Below are positions 25,658-37,600 of a stretch of 54,578 nucleotides of DNA, piece after piece. The notes beneath the pieces were generated by a model that did no database searches, was not told the origin of the DNA, and saw nothing but the letters and a program-made list of their open reading frames with translations. How positions within the stretch are numbered: position 1 is the stretch's first letter; each line of letters starts with the position of its first letter. The position numbers and the translations under genes were made by a program. This DNA comes from a virus. Lineage: Duplodnaviria > Caudoviricetes. Location: positions 1 through 54,578 of the IMG/VR virus record IMGVR_UViG_3300009180_002134. One strand, 5' to 3'.

Positions 25658-28600
25658 TTATTTAGGGGTACAACCGTTATCTTTTTCGTCTTTCTTAGCA
25701 GCTATATCTTTTCTATACTTTTCCAATGCTTTAGCAACATCACTTTGAGCTGGCTGATCTGATACATCTATATCACCAAAATCTTGATTTTCAGGAGATG
25801 TTGTTTCTATATCTTCCATTCCAGCAAAAGGATTATTCATTGCTGTTGATGATGCAATAGTTCCTCCACGATCTTCATCTTCTTTTATTCTCATTTTATA
25901 TAACTCTTCTGCTGTTTTAGCTGTAGTTTCATATAAAACTTTTTTACCTCCCACTGTTTTATAAAACTGCAATTTATCACCAACAAATTCAGTATCAATA
26001 CCATATTCATTTTGAAGCTCATACACAAAATTTTGAAGTCCTAAAGGATTTCCTCCCATGTCTATGTCTGAATAATCATCATTATAATCTATATCATCAA
26101 GATCAAATGTCTTTTTATTTTTACCAAATCTTTCTCTTAAAACAACATTGGTTGGTGTTTCTCCAGTTAGACCTGCTAATTTCCATTGATTTCTTGAGCC
26201 TACAAGATCAAACTTCTCATATACAGCAGCTGATCCTAATGCTAAATTATCACCTGGTTTTAATATAAAGTTACCAATTCCTGGTGACTTTTGATCATCT
26301 TTTTCTTTACTTACAGATTTTAATTTGTAATAAGTCTCTGTATAACCATTAAACTGATCACCAGTTTTAATCATTAATGTATATGGTAGTTGAATATAAT
26401 ATCTATTTTTACCATTTTCATCTGGTTCATTTACTATACTAAAACCTAAAGCTTCTAATAAATCCTGGTTGTAGTTCATTTTTTCTAATTCAGTTTCACT
26501 AAACGTACCAGTGTTTATCATTTCCACCATACTTCCATATCCATTTTCATCTATCAACCACTGAATTTCTTTTTCACGGATACCACCAAACATATCTATT
26601 TTAATATTTTTACCATCAGTTAAAAATATCTTAGGAGTATATCCTTTTATAGTGTCAGGTTTTACAACTTGATCTAAATCTTTTTTCTCAAGAGAACTCT
26701 TAACTCTTCTAATACTAAATGCATTATTGGTATTAGTAGTGTAAAGTTTAGTAAATTCATTAAACACTTCTAATGCAGTTGCTCCAAAAGTTTCTTTATA
26801 AGTGACATTATCATCAACCAAGCCATCTTCTTTTAAAACAGTGTGAGCTTGTTTTGTAGCATCTAATAACTCTTTGAACATAGCTGGAGGCATATATCTT
26901 ATAAAACTACCACTCTTGTACTGACCACCGTCCTTTACAAGAAGATAGTTAAACAATGTATAAACCATTGGTCTGGTTTTGTGATTAGAATACATCTCTA
27001 AGAAACTATCTTTCAACTTATTTATTTCAAGTTGTCCTAGCTTAGCCCATGTATTAATCTCCACCATATTTATACCACCTCTATTTTTAGGGTTTACAAA
27101 CTGCTTATCTGCAGAAATATCCGTTAACATTACAGGAATAATGTTCAAGAATTGTTTAGCAAAATAGTTACCCTTTCCATCATTTGTTTCTTTTAATTCT
27201 TCACGGATGGCTCTTACAGTGTCTATAATATCTTTAAAGCCTTCACCACGTTGAACAGCTGATGCATCATATATTAAAGCATTAGTAAGACCAGCTAACT
27301 TAGTGCTTTTACCATTCACTTTTAAATATTGAATGTAAGCTTTCATTCCCAAGTAAGAAATAAGATCACGTTTTAATTGTATATTAAACTTCTCTTTTTC
27401 TTTATTGTTAACTCTTAGATTAGCTAATACAGTTTCCTTCAATCTTTTGTACATGTAAGATTTTTCAATCATTACACTTTTTTGAAGCTCTTGTATTTGA
27501 TTTTTTATTCTTAAATAGTTAGCTGTAATTCTATGATGTGGTTTACTTTCTTCCACCCCTGTCAATACTTGACGTAAATCAAAAGGAATATTTGTTTTAA
27601 CAAACTCTTCATCAGTAAGATTTAATCCAAGCAATTTTTCTTTGTCTTCAATCTTATCTATATTTTCATTACTTGTACCAAGACCCTTACTTAATTTCAA
27701 CACTTGAGACACTGCAGAAAAATACTTAGTTTGATTATAAAACTGTAAGAAACTTGAGAACACTGAATAGTCAGCACTTGCATTTCCACCTTCAGATTTA
27801 ATATTCTTTTCTAAAAGATCTGTAGTGATAGGGAACATACCTTTATCCTCTCCTCTTTTTTTAGAAAGTTCTTCTAATAATTCATCTCCCACTTTACTTT
27901 TATAAATCTCCTCTTCTTTAGCTGTTTTAATATTTTTATTAGTGATTGCAATTCTTTTATAAAATTCTCTCACTGATGGTTGCAAGTTAAACATCAAAGC
28001 TGTTTCTAATGAAACACCTAATGCCACCATATTTGAAACTACATCAATAGCATTTATATTAAGACCAAGTCTAGCAGCCAAACGTTCTTTAGCATTATCC
28101 GTCATAGCTGATACTATAGCAGAAATATTATAGAATACACGTTTACCATCGTAAGTTTGAGTTTCATTATTCCAGGCTCTACTATTTTCATATGTATCAA
28201 ACTCATGACCATCTATTGTTAAAGCATACATTGCTTCACCTTTAGCATTAAGTTTTCTAAGCTTGGTTTGTTTGTAGAAAGAATTCATTAAAGCTGCTGT
28301 TAGCATAGAGTTTACAGCTGGTCCAATGCCGCTAGCACCTTCTTTATTGTTTTTAAAAGATCTAATCATACCTCTTATAGAATCAACATCAACAGTTCCT
28401 TCTATAAGAACATCACCAAGAACTTTAAATTTATCAATAAATGTATTTACAGCATCTAATAATGGTTGAACTTCAGCAACTTGGAAAGCCACCGGAGTTT
28501 CTCCTTCTTTAGCTTTCACCATTCCATCATTGTTCAACAATTTAATCTTAGCATCTAAGATTCTATTGTTAAGAACACCATTATTAGGTTCACCGTATTC

Positions 28601-31600
28601 TTTAACATATTTAGCATATTCTGCAGGAGATGATGGAAGTTTCAGTTCTTGTAGAGCTCTAATCTCTAACAAGTTTCTAGCTGAAACAGCTGGTGATAAA
28701 AGATCATGAAAAAGATCTTCTATATTATCATACTTTTCATCTTCATATTCATCATCATAACTATCAGCATCATTTTCATTAACAGCAGCATTCTCAAGCT
28801 CTCTCATTTTAGCTTTAAACACCTTATCTTTTTTAGATAGATAGTGAACATATTCTACAAATCTATCTTCTATAGTTTTTGCAGTTCCATAAGGAATACG
28901 TTTGTTATCCTTTGTATAGGAATCTACAATATGCATGTATAATTTATCCACGTCAAAATCGGCACCAGATATCTCAATAAGTTCATGAGGAAACACTCCT
29001 ATAGAACCGTAATGAGCTGGTAAAAAGTCTACTAGTTTTAATGTAATAGCACTATGTTTATCCTGAGATGGAATACGTACACCAAATGCTCTTAATGTAT
29101 CATCAGAAAGTGTTCCGTCAGCATTATATTGAACCATGTGTTCTTTAAAATGTGGAGGTATCATAAACTCAGTGAAGTATCCTATGATATTTCCTTTCTT
29201 GTCGTACTCTGGAACATTATGTCTAAGGTCATCTATATAAAGATCTCCAATAGAAAGTCCTTCAAACTCTCTATCTAATTCATTATTCCATTTTTTAGCA
29301 TTTCTTGCTTCAGATAATAAAGCTGCATCTTTTTCATACTTTCTTCTGGTGATAACTTCCCAACGTTTTGGTTGTCCATTCTCATCAAGTTCAATCACTC
29401 TTTTAACCACTTGTGATCCCCAGTTAGATACAAGGGTGAGAGCATGTCCTGGAACTTTTTCACTCATCACTCCTTTAGAAAAGTAGGCTAAGAACAATTG
29501 TGTAAACTTATCCAACAACATAGGATGGTTAAGATCATATACAGGAGTTAGTTCACCGGTCTTTTCATTTTTTAATGGAGTGAAAAATTCAATAGTTTGT
29601 GGATCAGCTCCTATAGAAGCTAATGTTTTAACAGCATTTTCTAAAAACTTACCAAGTTTTGGTTCAATTTGACCTTGTTTTAAACTTTTTCCAAGTTCTC
29701 TAAATGCTCCTTTAATATCAAATATTTCATCACGAGCTTTGAAATAGTTATTTTTAACCCTTTGCTCTGTATCAGATAGATATTCATCAATAACTTCCCC
29801 AAGTTTTATTGTTTCACCTCTGAAATTTACTTCAAGATCTCTATACTGTTCAGATATAATAGATTGTTTAGCCTGTGTAGGATCTGTTATTTCTAATTTG
29901 TTAGAAGGGTTTTCTAACTGAAGTCTCCAAAATCTATTATCATGTTCAATAAAGTTTTTATCTTCTATTGCACCAACACTATCAGCTATATTAACTTTTT
30001 TACCTTTAGAGGCTGACTTAGGAATACCGAATGCAATAGTTTGATTACGTCCTTCAAACTCTTCTAATGTTTCTCTAAGTTTATGAAGCTCTTCCATTCC
30101 AGGTCTTGGTCCACGATCTTTCATACTAGTATATTCTTTTGTAAGAATAATACCAGATGTCTTTACAATTTTTTGACCATCACCATAAACAAGTTTAATA
30201 GAATTGGTTTGAGCATTAAACTGTATTGAACCACCTCTTCTTTTTTGTTTACCGTTTACATCAGTGTAAACATCTCCAAATATATCACCTACACTAACAC
30301 TTTGACCTCTTTCTATTTTATCTAAAAGATCTGCTTGAGCTGCATTTAATTTACCAAGTCCAAATAATGTATATCTAAGTCCTTTAACAGACATGTACAT
30401 CTGAGCATCTGCTTTCTCTTTATTTTTACCAGCAAACTTCCCTTTGTACATAGGATCATTGAATGTAACTACATGAGATGTTTTATTAGTATGGTTGATA
30501 CCTAATTCAGGAGCTGTAATTATAGAAGAAATATCAGAACCCATTGCATTTCTTACTACATTACGTTTAACTTCATCCACACCACCATCATCTTTAAAGT
30601 TTTCTGCTACGTCATTTGCAAACAACTGATTAACTGAAAGAGCATTAATGTAATTACTTAATAAAATCTGAGCCATGTTAAACTCAGGATTGGTACTTAA
30701 ATTAGTATGTTGATTTCTTTCTGTATCAACTTTATTGTCTATTTTATGACCACTAAATAAAGTGCTACTTAACAACTTACTTCTTAGTTCACCTTTAGAA
30801 TCTTCATATATTATACCCAGATCTGTAAGATCTGTTAAAAGACCATCCACTTGACCACCTGGACCAAGCCAATAGTTTTCAATACCATTAAATATTAATT
30901 GTTTTTGATCTGTAGATAGTTCTTCTCCATTTCTTGCAGCCACTTCTAATTCACCCACCATATCACCAAGCATGCTTCTCATCTTGATAAATCTAAGACC
31001 TCTTTCACCACCTTTTGCAGGATCTCCATTATGATAACCTTCTATCACTCCTCTAGGAAAACCATTGTCAATTTCATCTTGAACTCTACCTATACGTTCA
31101 TATTCACGCATCACTTCATTAAACAATGCAGTTTTAGCTACACTTGTAAGTTGAATTGTTTTATTTTTTATTTCAACTGCCTTTACAATAGGAAGGTTAT
31201 TAGCTAAATCCCCTGTGTTTTTTTCTGCTAATACCCCCATTAAAACTGGAGCTGTAGCAAAAGTTTTTGAAGCATTCTCCCCATCTCTTGGGATGGTGTG
31301 TATTGTATTCTTTAAGTATAAATTAAATATTGATAAAGCAAACTCACGATCAGACATACTACCATACGTTACACCTTTATTTTGGTTTACGTTTAGTTTC
31401 TTACCTTCTACATATTTATTATTGTCATTTTTATTTAAAGAAGATTGCTTTAATCCATCAATACGAGCAATCTTAAAGCTTTCAGCTACATACTCAAAGA
31501 ATGGATTGTTAAGAAGGAAGTTTGTTTTTAAGAAAGGATCTTTCTTAAGATTTTCACGGAACTCTTTACTTCTTAATTCCACCCCTCTAATAAGATTAAA

Positions 31601-34600
31601 GGTTGGCATTTGATGACTTTGTACTAATTCTCCACTAGCATTTTTAAATGAAGTGGTAGCCACTTGTTCATCAAAGATGGCATTACCAGCTGCTATAATA
31701 CTTAAACGTCCTATAGCTCCCATTGTATCATCTTCTACATCTTCGTCTTTAGTCTTATCATCTTCCGGAAGACTTTCAGCATCACCATCAAGAAGTTTTG
31801 TTTGAGCTTCAGCATCAATTAGTTTATCTGGATCTACGTTATTTCCAAATGGATTTTTACCAGCTCTAATTACACTATAGATTTCTCTAACAGACTCTTC
31901 AGTAATTGGTTCAATTTCTTCGTATGCTCTTAATAATTTAAAGTTTTCAATATCTGCTGGATTTTCTGGATCCAACACAATACTTTTTAAATAAGAATAT
32001 TTTAAATACAATGGAGATAATGAAATTCCCAAATCATCTTTAAGCCTTGTAATAATAGTTTCTATTTCAGCTTTTAAAGTTTGTTCATTATAATATGTTC
32101 CTTTATTCAAAAGGTTCATTAAACCAGATAATCCTCTGGTTTTATTATCCATGAAATCTAACTGAGATCTTCTATCACTTTTAACTTGTTGATATTGATT
32201 AACAAATAATTCTAAATAAGCATTGTACCAAATACTAAACTGATTTTTTCCAGCTCCTCTTCTGTTAGCTTCCATTATAGTTGTTACACCTTTACCTATA
32301 TCCATGTTCTGAAAGTAGTAATCAACAGAATGCTGCATGAATCCTTTTATAACAGCTTGGAATAATGTAGCTTGTTTTTTATTTCCAATATCTACAAAGT
32401 TTTTGTCTTTGTCATATATAAGATCTACATCTTTAGAAAACTTATTCCAAAACTTATTTGCTTCAGGATTATATTGAGCAAAGATTTCAAATTTCAACAA
32501 CACTTCTTCCTGTGTAGTTGAACCACTAACAGCTTTTAAAAGACCATTATATAGAGTGTTTGCATTAGCAGCTTCTATTAAATGTACACCTGTTAGTTTT
32601 CCATCTTCTGTAACAAATTCACTATTACCAAATTCATCAGTCACCTCATCTACAATAGTGCTAAGATATTGTCTCAATTCTTTAGAAAGAGATCCATATC
32701 CACCAATACTATAAGACTCTTTACGTTTATCTGTTGTAGATCTATCACCAAATTCATCAACATCAGCTTCTTCTTCATCACTAATATCTTTTTCTCTATA
32801 TCCCATTATATCTGTATGAATTTTTACAGAGTCTTTAAGAATTTGACGTAATTCTTCTTGAGTGAAAAGTCTACGTCTAATTTTTATTTTTTCCATAGCC
32901 TTCATATAACTAGATGCCGTAGGGTATCTACTAAGAAAATCTTCAGATTGATAATAAGGATTTATTCTTTCATCATATAAATTAGAATAATCATTTAAAA
33001 TTTCATTTAATATAGTTTCATCATATGTACGTAAATTAGCTTCTCTCATTTTTTTATGATAGATGGCAGCAATAGTTGAAGCTATTACATCACCTTCTGC
33101 TTGACTCAAGTAAATTGGGATACGTTCTCTTTCTCCATCTTCATTGTCAATAACTGTGGTTCCAATTTGTATAGCTTTTAGGGCTGGTTCAGTTATACCA
33201 ATATTCATTGCCTCAGTGAATCTGTTAGGCATGATGTGACTATTTCTAAACTTCCCTTTTTCAATCTTCATGAATAGATTTTCTAAAGGAGATGTTCTAA
33301 GACTTTTAAAGAAATTAGTAATAAGATCAAGCAACCATCTAAAGAAACTTTTATTAACTGGAGATGTTTCGGTTTTGATATTCTTTTTCCACTCTTGAAA
33401 CTTATCAGCCATATACTCCTCATACACTCTTTCTTCAAGTTCTTTATCTGAAAGTCTTGAATAAATTTCAGGAGCACTTTCCAATAGTTCTTTCTTTAAA
33501 GCAGCTATACTTTTACCTTGTTGTAAAAGTTCTTTTTTAGCTATACCATATAGCTGTTCTATTTTAGCATCAGACAATAACATTCTGAATATACCATGGA
33601 AAGCTTCATGATAAGCAGGAGCATATTTACTTAATGCAAGTTTACCAGTTAGTCTTTGATTAAGTTTGTCCATGTGCATATAGAACATACCCACAGTTAT
33701 ACCCTGACCTTTCATATTAGATGAAATCAATTTAAGATCTTCATCAGAAATAAACGCAGGTAGATGTTCTTTCATCCACTTTCTAAACTCAGTGATATCT
33801 AATAAGTCTTCTTGACTAAGATTGTCAGATACTTTCTTAGCTGCACTACCATTTATTACAGCTAATTGTTGATCAATAGCTTTTACTCTTGGATCATTTA
33901 AAAATGCTTCAGAATTATTTATATATTTAAGTCTTTCAGCTTTACCTAATCCTTGTTTTATAAGCTCTCCTTCTATAATGTCAGCTATAGCATATCTTTG
34001 TTCTTCAAGATCTTGCTTTACATCAGCTATATTTCTCTTACCTTCCCTTTCTTCTTTTTCTCTTTTTAAACGATCTTGTTCTTCCTTACGTTTTCTAACC
34101 ATATCAGCCTGAGCCTTTGCTATATCTTCTGGAATATCAATATCTTCTGTAGAAGGAACGTTAGTACCTTTAGCAGCTCCAGTAGTTGTACTACTGTTTG
34201 GTTTGTTATCTGATTTTTTTACATTTAGGGTTACATTACTATTCTTAACTACATCCACTGTAGTGTTAGTTTGTAGTCCACTATATTCTTCAGGTGAAAA
34301 ACTTTCAGATATACTTCTTTTAAAGTTCTTAACAGTCATTCTAAACTCTCTGATTTTACCATTAGTATCTGTTGTAGAAATGGTTTGAAGTCTTCCTTTA
34401 GTTTTTTTAGTACTATCAGCTTTTGCATCATATTCTGCAACAGCTCTATTGATTCTACCTACAAGATCATCAATATCCTTTAAGGCAAGAGGTTTAGTTT
34501 CATCAGCATTAGATTCTTTTAAAACAATAACAGCTTTTTCTGTTTCTTTACCATAAGTAACTACAGCAAATTCCACCCTAACGTCTCCTTGAGGATTAAG

Positions 34601-37600
34601 TGCTAAAGTTACATTCATCCCTCTTTGTCCAGGAACTGTAATATAAATAGTATCACTAATATCTTCATTGATGTCGTTACTAGCAGTTACATCTTTAGCT
34701 TTAGTAAATGGTTTTTTTGTATTTTCATCTATAGCTTCTTCTAAGTTTTCTTCTTTTAATTTCTTAGATCTTTCATTAAACTTTGTAACCAGCTCATTTA
34801 AATCAGCTGTTGGAATTTCAAATGTAGAAAGTTCTATGAATTTTATTTCTCCATTAGGAAGTTCAACTGCAGCTACATATCTACCATAATTTCTTAAACC
34901 ATCTGCTCCATTTTTTTCATATCTAGCTTCTTTAACTCTTTTGTCAATAGCTTCTCTTTGAGTCATTGGAGCATTTGTTCTTACCACTTCATCATCTTGA
35001 TACATCATATTACCAAGATGTTTAGTTCTTCTATCTATGATGTAAACAAACCCATCAATTGTTTTATATTTAAGATCATTTAATGTAGGAGGAGTTTGTC
35101 CTTTCTTTACATAAGAATATTCTCCAGATGATACATCAAGATAAAATAATGATTTAAGTTGTTCTGGAGATAGTGTTACACTATCCATTCCAGCTTTTAA
35201 TTCATTTATTAAAACACCATGTATTTCTCTACTTCTCTGTTGATTCTTTTTAAACCAGTCAAATTCATTATTTACATTCTTATCTTGAGAATCAAAGATT
35301 TGTTGGAATCTATCTTTGGTGATACTTGACATATCAGTAGGTTGACCATTATCATTTAAATACGTATACTGATTGTAGTATGGAAAGTATCCTATAGGTT
35401 GACCATTATATATTAATGCTATTGTATATGGTTCACCATTAACTCTAAGATGTTTATTTTCATTATTTCCTTCTTTATCAGCTGCTAATTTAGAAGGAGT
35501 TATTGTTTTATTTTTTGTTATAGATATAGACATTCCAGCAAGTAGTTGAGCAGCTGGAGTGTTTAATAATAAATTAGATAATCTTTCTTCAGCTTCTTCA
35601 CGTTTTTCACCACTTTCTCTATTAACATGAGGATATATTTTTACTAATTCATTGTTTCTTACAAGTCTGAATGCATTTGGATTATCTGGTGTTACAGCTT
35701 TTTCAACTTCTGATTCCAGTCTCCATCCGTTAAGATTTTCTTTTATTGGTCTTGATGTAGATGTAGAACCATTAGTTATTTCAGCAACTGTAATTTGTTT
35801 AATACCACCCACTTCTTCAACTTCACCTTTAGTAAGCACCTTATATCTTCTACCTTTATCATCTAATAATACAGTGCCTTGTTTAATAGTTTTACCACCA
35901 AATGAAAATTCACTATTATCTTTTTTAACTTGTGCTTGTAATGCTTCATATATAGATTTAGCTTTAGCATAATCTTCATATAAAATATTATATTCATAGT
36001 CAGGATAGTCTTTGCTATCTAATTTTATATTTGTAATAAATGCACCATTTTTATCTACTATGAGATAAACAGTTGTACCTGTTTCAATATCAGGTAGTTC
36101 TATAAGATAGATGCCATTACTCATTTCTTTCACTATAGCATTTGAATCAAGCCCTGAAGGAACTGCTGGATATTGTTCTTCTCCAGTTTCTTCTTTTTCC
36201 TTTTGTTCTTTTTTGAATACAGCATCAAGATCATCAGCTATAGTTTGAGCTTCATCTAAAGTTTCAATATCTTTAGCTACTACAGTTCCTTTTGAACTAA
36301 CTACACTAAACTTACCATCTTCTTGTGGAGTCACTTTATGAGAAAGTTCTGGCTCATCATCCTCTTTTAAAGGAGGTTTACCTTGTGCTTCTCTAATCAT
36401 TTCCTCAAGATGTTCAGCTAACATTTTTTCTCCAGTAGCTTGCATAGCATCCATAAGTCTTCTATGAATATTTACAAACTGTATGGGATTTGCCATAATG
36501 TTATAAGCATCAATGTATTCTTTATTATCTGTATTCAAGTCCATGTAATCAATAAGACTTTCATAAATCTCTTGAACATCATCAGTCTTAAGTGTTATAT
36601 CAATCTTAGCTTCTCCATTCTTAGCATTCATGTAATTCTGAAAAGCTTTGATTGCTTTATTAAACTTACGTTTTTCTTTACGTCCCATCAATTTTAATGA
36701 TGGAGAATTTTCTTTCCAAGCTTGTAAAGCTTTTAACTGAGCTTTCTTAGATTTAATAAGATCTTTGGTAGCTTTATCTTTTTTAGGAAGAGCTTCAGCT
36801 GATTTTATTTCTTCTTCTAAAGTTTCAATTTCCAACTCAGTGTTTTCCATAACACCAAGATTTCTAAAAGCACTAGCTGCCGATCCACCTATCACAGGTT
36901 TAGATGCCATATTATTTAGTAAAGCAACAGATCTAAGAGCTGATTGTTTAGCTTTGTAATCTGTAGTAGACATCATTTCTATAGCATCATTCAAAACTCT
37001 TTTAGCCATTAAAGCCACTTTATGTGACTCACTACCTTCTAAATATAAATCTGGTTTTATAAGATCACCATATTTATCTGTAAGAGCTTTCCAGTTTTTA
37101 TGATATTCTACAACGTCATCTGCTATTTTGGTAAAGAACTCTTTTACAGATGCTCTATTAGTTTCATCTGGAGTCATTCCAAATGCTTCTTTAAAATCAT
37201 TGTTTGTCTTGTCATCAAAGGTTTCTCCATATCCTCTAAGTGTATCAATAACAGATTCAACTGTTCCTGTTTTGATAGCTGCAGAAATCATTTTAGCAAA
37301 TCCACTATTCTTATTATTGTGGAATACATAAGCATCTCTATTAGCAATGGCTTCTTCCATATTCTGAGCCACTTTATTTTGAACTTTTACATTAGCTATA
37401 TGTTCAGGAAGAAACTTATTAGGATTTTCATAGAATGCATTTACAGTTTTTACAGCATCTTCTATACCATTTTTACGTTGAGCTCTATCTTTAGCTGATG
37501 TACCAGCATAGTATTTTGTTTTACCAACAACATAGTTAATTGGTGAAAGCAGTCTTCCTGTCAAAGCCCCCATTAAGAATGTTTTCAATCCTTGAACATT

